A stretch of DNA of 64,000 nt from Mayamaea pseudoterrestris (lineage: Eukaryota), in the NCBI GenBank assembly GCA_027923505.1, contig BROI01000008.1, positions 558,001-622,000 on the forward strand. The letters run 5' to 3'. The position numbers and the translations under genes are program-made. How positions within the stretch are numbered: the stretch's first letter is position 1; every line of letters begins with the position of its first letter. This document shows, piece by piece, positions 34,827 through 45,500 of the stretch. The notes under the pieces were generated by a model, which did not search any database, was not told the origin of the DNA, and worked only from the letters and a program-made list of their open reading frames with translations.

Positions 34827-36627
34827 CTACCTTCTCTTTTTCAAATTCTTGAGGAAACCTGGAATATTGTCAGGTGGATCCAGCGACGACGGACTCGGGA
34901 TGTATGGAGCTGGTGCTGGAGCTGGAGGGCTCTCGCGCGGAGGAGTGTACTGCTGCTGCTGCTGCTGCTGTTGTTGCTGTTGTTCCTGTCGGACGTCGTT
35001 GAATTGATCCAAGGAAACGGATTCTTTTATATAATTTTCATACCCTCTCTCAGTAAATCCAGTCGCAAGGACTTACAGTTTATTAGATGAGAAGAAAGGG
35101 TTGAGGGACAATCAAAGTGACGGCGGCCGGCACTAAATATTTGACTTACCAGTGATACTAATGTTGTCGTCAAGAGTATCATCAACCAAGGCTCCAAAGA
35201 TGACGTTAGCGTCGGCCTCCACGGTCGAGTAGATAAGTCTGGGAAAATAATCATGAGAAACACGCCTGGCAAATCTTTCTACGCAAAACGCTAGGACACT
35301 TACTTTGCAGCCTGATTAACTTCGTTCAGAGAGAGGTTGGGTCCACCGCTAATGTTGAACACGACACCCTTAGCGTTGTCGATAGTGGAATCCAGCAATG
35401 GACTGGAGATTGCAGCTGCCGCGGCATCTTGTGCAGCTGTCTTGCCGGCTCCAATACCTAGACAATGTAAACACGAGATTGAGCTTATACAAGGAGGACT
35501 AGCAAAGCTACCGGATAAGCGAACGTACCGATGCCCATCAGGGCAGTTCCAGCGTTGTGCATAATTGCTCGCACATCGGCAAAATCAACATTGATGAGAC
35601 CCCTGTCGCAATATGGTTGATAATATGATGTGAGACCAGCACCAAGACTGCAATAATCGCCACATGTGCGTTCAGTCATACGTACGGTTTGACAATAATG
35701 TCACTTATACCAACGACACCCTGTCGCAATATGTCATCAGCCACAGCAAATGCGCGCTCAATCGGAGTATCATCTGGAATTATTTCAAGCAAGCGATCAT
35801 TCGAAACGATAATGACAGTGTCAACGTTATCACGCAGACGCTCAATGGCGCCAATGGCCTGTGTCATTCGTCGCTTGCCCTCAAAAGCAAAGGGCTTTGT
35901 CACGATGCCGACCGTGAGACAACCCTGCTCCCTGGCAACCTCTGCAACGACAGGAGCGGCACCAGAACCCGTACCTCCGCCCATGCCGGAAGTGACGAAA
36001 CAAAGGTCCGTTCCAGTAACACATGCTGCAATCTCCTTCCTTGATTCCTCTGCTGCGAGACGGCCAATTTCTGGATTTCCTCCAGCACCGAGTCCTCTTG
36101 TGACACTGGCGCCAATATTGAGTACTTTGGCCCCCTTAACTTTGGACCGTCCGAGTGCTTGGGCATCGGTATTCAAGGCCCAAAACTCGACGCCGCCAAC
36201 GGCTGTTTCCAACATTCTGTCGACCTGTTGATGCAAGACGGTATATGAGAATGGAACTACCGGTAGCAAAGGAGTGCTGCAAATTCCGCCTCCAACCGTA
36301 GAAAACGCGCATACGTACAGCGTTACACCCTCCTCCGCCAACGCCAATCACTTTTATTACACAAGGGCTAAGGCCTCCATCCGGCATGAGAGCCGTCGGA
36401 GAGCTGGATTGAATCAATTTGCCGCTTTGCTTGTGTCGAAACCCTGTAAACTTCCAGTGGGCCGGAGGGTTCCATGATGACGAGCTGCTGGTGCTGTCAC
36501 GGCTGATGGCCGACAACGCCGAGGCCGGTCGAAGTGTTGATCGATGTTGTCCACCATTCCATGCGGCGGCCCCTATTAAAAATGCAAGTAGAGTTATGTG
36601 TGGTTTCATTGTCAATATTGCTGCCAT
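34827..36627 (-). CDS. ftsZ: Plastid division protein FtsZ (nucleus-encoded)
   Basis: Six exons (introns 36318-36225, 35685-35603, 35528-35458, 35303-35239, 35149-35072). Motifs IKVIGVGGGGCNAV, GMGGGTGSG, GLINVDFADV and ITVLATGF, C-terminal core peptide IPGFL, and a bipartite presequence (AAA-W). Confidence 0.96.
34950..34982. repeat. (CTG/TTG)11 tract encoding poly-Gln in the FtsZ C-terminal linker
   Basis: Directly visible triplet repeat. Confidence 0.9.
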
Positions 36628-36867
36628 TCTCTATCGGACTGATTATCTTTGGAGCGTAGGCAACGATTTGATTTGAAAAATCCGCCCTCCATGGTCAAGG
36701 TGCGGTGTCGCCTCGTGACGTCATACGATCGCCGACTCGCTCTTCAAGTACCGTTACGACTGTGACGCAACTTGCCACGCGAAGTCTGCCGCGACCATGA
36801 GATACTGATGGTATATCTTTCGGCAACGAACGATCCGCATGCATTCGTTATCGGCATCAGTAATACC

Positions 36868-37875
36868 ATGAATCGAGTCGTCCTTGCCGCTCTGACCGTT
36901 CTATTCGTCGGCTGTAGCATTTGCGCTGGCTTTGCTCCACGGTGGCGGCTCACAGGGTTGGCACGTAATGACCCCATTTCTCACGCATTCGATTCGCCAA
37001 CATCAGTTCACTCAAAGCATATCCCGGATCCTTCGTCGCAAATTATCGATGATGGCGCTGGTCGCTTTGGATCCAGGTTTCAGCATGCAATCTCTCGACT
37101 CGACACTGTTAAGTCAGCTCGTTTGATGAAAGTTCAGACACAAGGAGTAAGCATCAAAAGTGTTTGGAACACGGCAAAAAAGGTTTGGAATCCAAGGACA
37201 TACCTTGCTGTTATATTGCTGAGCGGCTTTCGATACAAATGGTGCTTCAATTCTGTCTTTTACTGGTTGGCTGTCGCGTTTGGAGTCAAGTGGTATCGCG
37301 CCCGTTACGTTTACAAGATTCCAGTCATGGATCGTCAGCCGAATTGGAACAATGTTATCACCAGCAAGGACCAGGAGAAAGATTTGAAAGCATACACATG
37401 CAAAACTTGCGGTTCGACACTGTTCATGGCCAAGTCGAGAGAGTTTTTGTTCGAAGGCAAGACAGGTATCGGTGGTCTTGGTTGTTTCAACTGCGGTGCG
37501 TCCGGAAAAGATAACTTTGTTAGCGATCGCGATCGCATCGTCGAGGATGTCGGCGATCTGGACGACTATTTTTCGTACGAGAGGCCGTTGGACTTTGTCT
37601 CTGCTGCCGAGAGAAGAAAAGTTTTGAAGGAAGCTGGCGGTGACGAAGAGAAGGCGAATCAATTGCTAGTGGAACGATCAGCGCAGGGAGAAACGAACGC
37701 GTCGTCAGATGCATCTTCGGTTGTTGATGCTGAAATAGTTGATCCGTCGCCACCAGCCGAGTCAAGGCCACCAAAAACTAAGCCGTCACGACCTAGCAGT
37801 CCACCTAAACAGACGAAGACAGAAGACGATGTTGACGACGACGACGACATTTTGGATATATTGGATATGGACTAG
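36868..37875 (+). CDS. Plastid-targeted membrane protein with rubredoxin-like CxxC...CxxC domain
   Basis: Signal peptide ending CAG-FAP (ASAFAP-like), two hydrophobic segments, and YTCKTCGSTLF...GCFNCGA. Confidence 0.7.
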   Translation: MNRVVLAALTVLFVGCSICAGFAPRWRLTGLARNDPISHAFDSPTSVHSKHIPDPSSQIIDDGAGRFGSRFQHAISRLDTVKSARLMKVQTQGVSIKSVWNTAKKVWNPRTYLAVILLSGFRYKWCFNSVFYWLAVAFGVKWYRARYVYKIPVMDRQPNWNNVITSKDQEKDLKAYTCKTCGSTLFMAKSREFLFEGKTGIGGLGCFNCGASGKDNFVSDRDRIVEDVGDLDDYFSYERPLDFVSAAERRKVLKEAGGDEEKANQLLVERSAQGETNASSDASSVVDAEIVDPSPPAESRPPKTKPSRPSSPPKQTKTEDDVDDDDDILDILDMD

Positions 37876-37960
37876 TAGTGCTTGATCAATAAAGCTAATT
37901 AAGCTCGGTCACCAGGTTGTCTATTATACAGATTGCGTTGGTTCGCCTACTGGTTACTCA

Positions 37961-38659
37961 TTAGCCAATATGCGTTACAGAGAGCAAGCAAAACCGACAT
38001 GCTGCTGGACAATTCGATAGCATGAACAGCCTGTTGCTTTCGCATTCCCCAACAGCGGCCCAAAATGAGCACAGCTCATTTCTGTTCAAGCTAAAAGCCA
38101 CTTCCGTGAGATGTAAAGTATCATATGGCGAATATGACAGAGTGTGGACAAAATTGTGAGCCGCCGCGACGCTTGTCGAACTTACCATCGATATCGAACA
38201 GACTCGTACTCTGGCAACGCGTAGACCTCCCGCAACATGTACTCGTCCTGTTTCCTTATCACTTCTCGAATAGCATTTTGCTCTGCTTCTGAACCTAGAG
38301 TGGTAGAGTGACGATGACAAGGACAAGATGCAAAGTGTCAAGTGTCAGTGTAAAGAACATTGATTCGAACGAAGGCCACAACGAGGCATACCATCAATTC
38401 TTTGCGCTATCGCGGCACTAATGCGTTTATTGTTTTTGCGAAAGGGTCGACCGGTCTCGTCGTAGGTGAAAGGTATTTCTTCATGAGTGCAATGGAACTT
38501 GGGTTCCTTGTCCGTCGTCGCCCCAAAATTTACCGTCGACATACAATATCGTTTCTCTCGATCCTTGACCAACACCGGGACTTCCTGACCGAAAGATGAA
38601 TATACAGGGAAGGTGCATAATAGCCATAGCACAAGTTTGCGGCGACGGGTCGCCATCAT
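37961..38659 (-). CDS. Small secreted protein with one ShK toxin-like (ShKT) domain
   Basis: Exons 38659-38392, 38294-38186 and 38090-37961. Signal peptide, then CLNRNELCSFWAAVGECESNRLFMLSNCPAACRFC (six-Cys ShK pattern). Confidence 0.8.
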
Positions 38660-39010
38660 GCCTGAATGCTGGAACAAAGGTGCAGTGATGATGTTGTGCA
38701 CATTGCACATTTTGCACATCGCATCTCGCGTGACGAAATGCGATGTGGATAACTGGTAAAGCGTGAATGAATTCTACTTTTCCAGGCTGTGGCTGATCGT
38801 CATTTCGACTCTCATCACACACGAGCACCATGAGCGATTGTTGCTCTTGATGCATCGCAAAAGGTCCGGCAAAGTTGGCGCACGGATAAAGAAGCACTTA
38901 TAAAAGAGCTGCATTGCTTTTTTATTTATATTCAGTGCTTGTACGCGTCACACAACAATTGTTACTATAAACATCAACGAGTGCACCGACAAAATCCTAC
39001 CGCGTCGGAT

Positions 39011-40057
39011 ATGGACCTCATCGTCGCCGCCAATGATGTTCTGCTCTCTCCAACATTGACTCATGCTGTCGTTACGCATCCCGGAAATTTGGCTTTTAGT
39101 ATTCTGTGTCAATCTTATGCTAGCAAGTTTCCACCGAACGGTGTGCAAGTCAATGTTCACCCTGCAGCAATAGCAATTGCTGCAGAAACTCGCGAGCGAG
39201 GCGGACGCGTTATCCGACTCAAGGATCAGTCACTGGTACCAGTCGCAGTACTTTCAGACGACGAAATCATTGATCGCATTGTTTCTATTCTTGCCACCAT
39301 TCGATCTGTCAGTCGGGTGGAAGACGCCATGCAAATGAGCGTACCAGAAATAATGTTTGCGCTAAACAAGTCCATGCCATTAGTTGCAAATCCAACAGAA
39401 CCTGCCAGTTTCCCTCTCTCTTTTTGGTTCAGAGAGGAATATGACAACGAATTAGAAAGGGACTACATTGTGGTTATCGCCCCTCCGGAGCTACCCCATG
39501 GAGATGATCAAATGGAAAAGGCTGGAGCTCTTCAACCGTTGACGCCGCGGCTGCCAACTAGCTCAGATCCAGAACTAACATCCCTCAGAGCCAGCAGCAA
39601 GTCCCCGCCAAGGATTACAGGAGAGCTTATTGAAGATTCCATGCCAGATAATGCGAGCAGCGTCTTTCACCTGTTTGATCGCCGAGTCAACTTTGATCAT
39701 CACGCTGCAGATGCATCAATCTATTCGCTCTTACGCTCATGGGTGCAGGATGACCCACATCGAATGATACCGACTCCAGGAGTCGACATGAGTTGCTACG
39801 ATAGCGTCACGTTGGAGTCGCCCACAAATGACGACGTTGATGATGATGCCACTGCATGTTGTCGACACGTTCCAAGACGTCGAAAAGATGTATTAGGGAC
39901 TTTAGCTGAGGATCCTACCGCAGTACCGTCCACTGATACCATTCGCATTGGCTTCGTTAATTACGCCAAACTAATCCGCAAGCACGCAACTAATCGAATG
40001 AAACGCCGTCACGCGGAAGCTGAGGACAGTCTGCGGCGAAGGGGTATCAACTTGTAA
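39011..40057 (+). CDS. DUF6824-like domain plus LIN37-like (MuvB/DREAM) CRAW motif
   Basis: N-terminal NDVLL...HPGNLAF...RERGGRVI. The internal FHLFDRRVNFD...SIYSLLRSWVQDDP resembles LIN37 KLFDRSVDL...LYPICRAW. Confidence 0.6.
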   Translation: MDLIVAANDVLLSPTLTHAVVTHPGNLAFSILCQSYASKFPPNGVQVNVHPAAIAIAAETRERGGRVIRLKDQSLVPVAVLSDDEIIDRIVSILATIRSVSRVEDAMQMSVPEIMFALNKSMPLVANPTEPASFPLSFWFREEYDNELERDYIVVIAPPELPHGDDQMEKAGALQPLTPRLPTSSDPELTSLRASSKSPPRITGELIEDSMPDNASSVFHLFDRRVNFDHHAADASIYSLLRSWVQDDPHRMIPTPGVDMSCYDSVTLESPTNDDVDDDATACCRHVPRRRKDVLGTLAEDPTAVPSTDTIRIGFVNYAKLIRKHATNRMKRRHAEAEDSLRRRGINL

Positions 40058-40608
40058 ATGTGTACTTGATTATAGAATCAGTAACTACCGGTATGATGAA
40101 TGATTATGATTATACTAAATGCAAACAACAGCTTTAGCTACCAATAGGTACGGCAAGCAAGTGGTTGCTTCGAAAAACCGTGCGAGGAACGAGAGAACGA
40201 CACGGAACTTCTGCCTCTACTCTTTTCGTCACAGTCATCAAATTTTGGGACATCGGACATTTCCGAGGCGACGCGCGCGCAGCCACACACATTCTATTGT
40301 TGCAACACGCGGTGCCGTTGTTCGTTTCGAACCCTTTCTCCTTGGTCCTTCCACTCTTCCAACGTTTATTGCTCCCTCAACTCGGATTGGCATGCTATAG
40401 CATTCAGAAACAGAAGGGTTGTGAAAATCCTATTCGATTGTGGCGCTACAGTAGTTTGCATCTGCTATATTGCTCGTCTTGTTCTTCTCAGCATCGTCCG
40501 TTTTAAAAATTCTCGGATTAACCAAACGCTTACACGTATCGAAGTGGAAGTGCAACAAAAGCTTTGGCATACACCAATTACCAACTGCTCTATCGATTAC
40601 ATATTATA

Positions 40609-43506
40609 ATGGGAGACTCAGCTCCTGACGCTTTTATGCGACAGCTGCGACACGACACGGAGTCTAGCAGCAGCAGTAGCGAGGACGAAGACGACGACAA
40701 GCGCAAGGCAAGCCACCCTGGTAGCCATTATAACGACGAAGGTGTCATTGATCGAAGCTGGTGTGAGAAGGATAAGTTAGTATTGACTGTTGATCAAGCG
40801 AGACAAAAGGGCGGTATTGATTTCCCATGCACAAATGGGGGTGCCTATGTTAAAACTGTCGCGAACGGCCATGACCAGTCTCACGCGCCGATGGAGTTTC
40901 ATCGTTGCAGCCATCCGATGGAATTCGAACACGAAAGTGAAAATGGAGGAAAGCCCAGGTTCACGAGACAATCGGTTCTCCAAGGACTGAGTGAAGCTCT
41001 GATGCGACGATCCTTGACAAAGGTGAGATGGTGATAGTGCATGGTGCTATTATTTCCCACATGCATCCAATGTTTTGGATCTCACTTACGCATGCATGGT
41101 CCTTTCTATACTCAGATTGATTTGTCTCAACGGGGATTGCGACCTGTGGATGCTCGGCTGATAAAAATGGTGCTTGCTCAAAACACACAAATCAAAGTTC
41201 TTAAATTGGGATACAATTCTCTTGGAGACGAAGGTGTACAGATGTTGTGCCCAGCGGTTGCCGAGCACGCAACGCTTGAATCACTCGACATTGGTTTTAA
41301 TCAAGTTGGAAATATTGGTTGCAAAGCTTTGATGGATGCTATATCGGAGAATAATAGTCTGGGTGTGGCAGACGAAGATCAGCGAACTTGGACTTTGTAC
41401 CTGGCTGGTAACCTAATAGGCGAGGACGGTGCATTGTCAATTGCTGATTTAATCGCGCGACAAACTCTAGCTAAGAAATCATGCGTCGTTCGAAGGTTAT
41501 ATCTGACCGGCAATAAACTTGGTTCAACTGGGGTGAGAGCGATCGCTGAAGCAATTCTACACGATGAGCTAACACGGCGACAACAGTTACCGGAATGCCA
41601 CGAGACCGAAATGGAGATAAGCAATCATCCGTTGAACGATATAGTTGGCGGGCTCGAGGAGCTGTTTCTAGGTGGAACACACATGGGTGACGAAGGATGT
41701 AGTGCGGTGGCTCGCTTGCTGGCCCAAACGCAACATATCAAAACGTTGTCGCTGCCAAATTGCGACATTACCGACAATTTGCTATGCCAATTGGCTTCTT
41801 GTATTAAGTCGAACCGCGCCCTGCTACCACTAGAATCCTTGCATTTGTCTTTTAACCGAATTTCGTGTAGGGGTATGGAGGCACTGACGAATGCGGTATG
41901 GGCGTCCAGGTCTTTGAAGGAACTCCTGGTTGACAACAACGAAATTGGTGACTCGGGGGCGCAGCTTCTTGCGACTATAATGCCAGGCCTGAAGGGGCCG
42001 CTGGAAATATTGAATGTTGGGTTTAATAAGATTAAGTCGTCGGGCATGCGGGTTTTGATGAAGGCAGTGGCCGAATCGCGTTCGGTTCGCTCTGTGTCGG
42101 TTGCTGGTAATGCTGTGGACACGACGTCTGCCAAGTTCATTGCGTATGCTTTAGCACACAATCATTCACTGCTCTCTATATCATTAGATCACTGCTCGAT
42201 TGCGCAAGAAGGAAAGCGACAGATTGTCGCAGGGATCGTTTCGAACAGTCGCACTATGCTACGCGAAGTACGCGGTTTCGATGTTGGACCAGTCGTTGTT
42301 ACGTTGGGCTTTCCCGCCGTCATGGAACATTGGAACAATGAACATGTTGTCAACTTCATCCACGTCATGTGGGAGCGGTCAAACATTGATGAGACCGGAT
42401 CTGTGCTCGACACAATGGATCCTCTGCATTTTTTGGGGTCACCCGAGGGCGCTAATGAAGGCAGTGGCAGGGTTGGTCCTCACGAGGCAAGCGTGGTAGT
42501 AGACGTGGCGAAGAAAGCCTTCTCGTCTTTGGTAGAGGAAGGTGTGGACGTTTTTTCTCGACGACAGGGTCGAATTTATGGCTATACAGAATCTTCGCCA
42601 ATCATGCACGGCGACGACGTGAATGCAACAATCAACCCATCGACTAGTCCACAGATGAGGTCCGAATCAACCAAGAATTTGTTATCAGTGCACCCGAATA
42701 GATCGTTTGTGGCGCCACCCGAATCGTCAACGTCAAAATTGGTTGATCCGACCCGTAAGAAAAGAATAGTGGAGTGGCTTTGCGTCAATATTCAGCATTT
42801 GAATAAGCTCGGACAACGACCATTTAGTTCTGCTGAGCTGTGGAAGTTGCATCAGCATTATTTTACTCCGGTGGTTAATGAGAGTGGTGGAAAAGTCGCT
42901 CCATCTCCGAGCCCATCTGCTGACCCACTGTCGCTCGCTATGTCCAGCGTACCAGAAGTATCAATCACATCGACCAACAATGCAGGCGATACGTTTAACG
43001 ATCCCATGGACGATGAACTAACTGTTCCCAAGAGCGATCCTTCATTGAAAACCTCGCCCTTTGTTGGGATTTCACCGCTTCCGTTGCTAAAAAGAAAAGT
43101 CTCGTACCGTTTTCTGGGGGATGCCGCCATTCCTACCACGTCCCGAATAGAAATGGGCAACACTGACGAAATGCGTCATGCTTGCTCGGCTCCACCATCG
43201 CAGATTGCTTCAGTTGCCATTATGATCGAAGGGGGACCAATAAGTCACACAATGCCTTACAAAACGAAACGAGCGCGTCGAAATCGTACGCGCATTTCGT
43301 TTCTACCGAAAGTGAAAGGAAAATTGGATTCTTATCTTGACGTTTGCCACGAAAAAGCGCTTGTCACTATGCGCCAGCTTTTTTACGTTGAACATGCTAT
43401 TTTGAGTGGCCAGGTGAACCCGATTGATCCTGCTACGACTGCCAGAACGCACCTTTGTGGAAAGTTTGCACTGGATGCCGAAATGATAGTTTGTGATATG
43501 ATATAG
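40609..43506 (+). CDS. Ribonuclease-inhibitor-type leucine-rich repeat protein
   Basis: Exons 40609-41022 and 41116-43506, with multiple roughly 28-aa LxxLxLxxNxIGxxG repeats. Confidence 0.88.
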
Positions 43507-43866
43507 CCTGCCCAGTTAAAGTGTAGCAAAGAACTACATTATCTTTCTTTTCGGCTCGCATACTCGCTACTTCTCACGGCATGTACATTAGTCTTTCGAG
43601 TGAGCTCACCTCGACTTTAAATGAGATTTTGTTTCCACATGCTTCAACTGCAAATAGGGTCAGTTGTGACCTCGAGAATTAAACTTTCATAATTGGAACA
43701 AATAGCGCATTCGGAGAACGATAAGTCTCGTTAAGAAGCTAATCTCTTTCGCCAAAGACGGTTAAGAGCTGAGAAATCGTACCCTCGAGACAGATGGCGC
43801 GACTAAAGTATAAAAGAATTACCTAGACGGAGCATTTGAACTCATAGTTTAAAAAATTCGAATATG

Positions 43867-45015
43867 CTAGAGCTTGTCAGCAACAGCGGCCAATGTTGGG
43901 CCAGCTGGCGACACCAGCTTTAAAATACCTGGTAAACCTTCCGTCTCGGCCCGCGTCTCGCCGACATTCAGAATCGCGACAGGGATGCCTCGCTGACAAG
44001 CAGATCGACAGTGACGAAAGGCTGAATGGACCGCCAGCGACGACCCAACTACCAGTAGACCATCACAAGCATCGACGGCGGCCGAAACAAGAGCTACGCG
44101 CGAGGAGCAAACCGTGTCGCCAAAGAAAACAACGTCGGGTTTGATGAAACCGTTGCATCGGTCACAAGACGGAACTTTGAGCTGCTCAAATTCAAGTGAT
44201 ACTTCTGCGTCACCATCGGGTCGCATGACTCCATCGGCTACTTGGCGCTTGGCTTGTTCGAGCCAGTCTCCATTCATGCTTTCCAAGCGAGTATGAAAAT
44301 CGTGTCGATAACTTTTGATGCCGCAGCTCATGCACTTGACACGGCTGATGGAGCCGTGAAGCTCAACCATGCTGCGCGAACCAGCTCGTCGGTGCAAGGA
44401 ATCTACATTCTGCGTCACTAAAGCCAACTGCCGCCGCAGGGAGGTGGAAGACGACCTTGGTGAGGATGAGTACTGTTGCAGTGTGGCGCTATGTTCCGAG
44501 TCGAACTGATCGTCCTCGTCAAAAAACGAAATATGCTCTGGCAACTCCACTCCCAACCGCCCACTTTGCTCGAGTCGCGCCAGCGCCAAATGTCCCTGAT
44601 TCGGTTCCTTCCGTTCCATTGACCTCCATCCTACCATGGATCGTCCCCAGTATCGCTGGCGCTGATATTCAGACGAAGTAAATTGCATGTGAGTCATTGG
44701 CTTGTGACCCTTATGATAACTTCCATTGTGGCCCCTATAGTCGGGAATACCTGATTCCGTCGATAGTCCTGCTCCTGTCAATGTCAAGACGTTTGTTTTG
44801 TCGGACCACCAATCCAGTAGCCGATTGACTTGTTGTTGAACGTGAATTGGGTCTTCCGACAAGATTTCGTTAGGATCCGACGGTGGAGGCGTCATCCAGT
44901 TGTTGTGACGCGCTCTTCCATGCGAGGATAGAGAGACCATGGCTCGCGCCGCCTTGCTTTGTAAGGCTAGCAGAGAGGCCGCTGTTGCTGCCATGGTATA
45001 TGTTTTAGACTGCAT
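43867..45015 (-). CDS. SIRT4: NAD-dependent deacylase, class II sirtuin (SIRT4-like)
   Basis: TGAGLSTESGIPDYRG, RQRYWGRSMVGW, TQNVDSLH, ELHG, CxxC...CxxC, KPDVVFFGD and VGSSL. The N-terminus resembles an organellar presequence. Confidence 0.92.
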   Translation of the reverse strand: MQSKTYTMAATAASLLALQSKAARAMVSLSSHGRARHNNWMTPPPSDPNEILSEDPIHVQQQVNRLLDWWSDKTNVLTLTGAGLSTESGIPDYRGHNGSYHKGHKPMTHMQFTSSEYQRQRYWGRSMVGWRSMERKEPNQGHLALARLEQSGRLGVELPEHISFFDEDDQFDSEHSATLQQYSSSPRSSSTSLRRQLALVTQNVDSLHRRAGSRSMVELHGSISRVKCMSCGIKSYRHDFHTRLESMNGDWLEQAKRQVADGVMRPDGDAEVSLEFEQLKVPSCDRCNGFIKPDVVFFGDTVCSSRVALVSAAVDACDGLLVVGSSLAVHSAFRHCRSACQRGIPVAILNVGETRAETEGLPGILKLVSPAGPTLAAVADKL

Positions 45016-45500
45016 CAGTGCTTGTGCTGCTTACTTAGCGGCGTGTTGCTTCGGCCTTCGTAGTGTTTGTTGATGGTTGAATCGATAAATCGATATTCAG
45101 CTCACGTCGGTATACTGGCGGTGAACGTTCACTTTCGCCGTAGACTTGTTACCTGATTAGATCGTTTACTGACACAAATGTTTATCTACTGTTAATACCA
45201 AGAAATGATCACGTAAATAGCATCAGATAGCGCAGCGTCGGAAGGTCGCTCAGTCTTCAAAATGGCAGCATGACAAACTGAAACGTCGCGATGTGCAATG
45301 TCACAGCACGACTCCAAAGACGTCATCCGTTTTTCGCTCATTGTTTTTCTTTTCCACATCCATCCATCACAAACCACAGCAAACATCCAGTTACTGATTT
45401 CTGGCCGCCCCAATCAGCCTCTGACCAAACAAACATTTGACCTACGGATTGCAACACTATAAGGCAAAATACTAGACTGTGTGCCCCGGAAATTAAACTC

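Noticed and set aside
34827..36627. ftsZ and transaldolase as bacterial contamination or recent HGT
   Set aside because: ftsZ has five spliceosomal introns and both genes carry eukaryotic targeting presequences.
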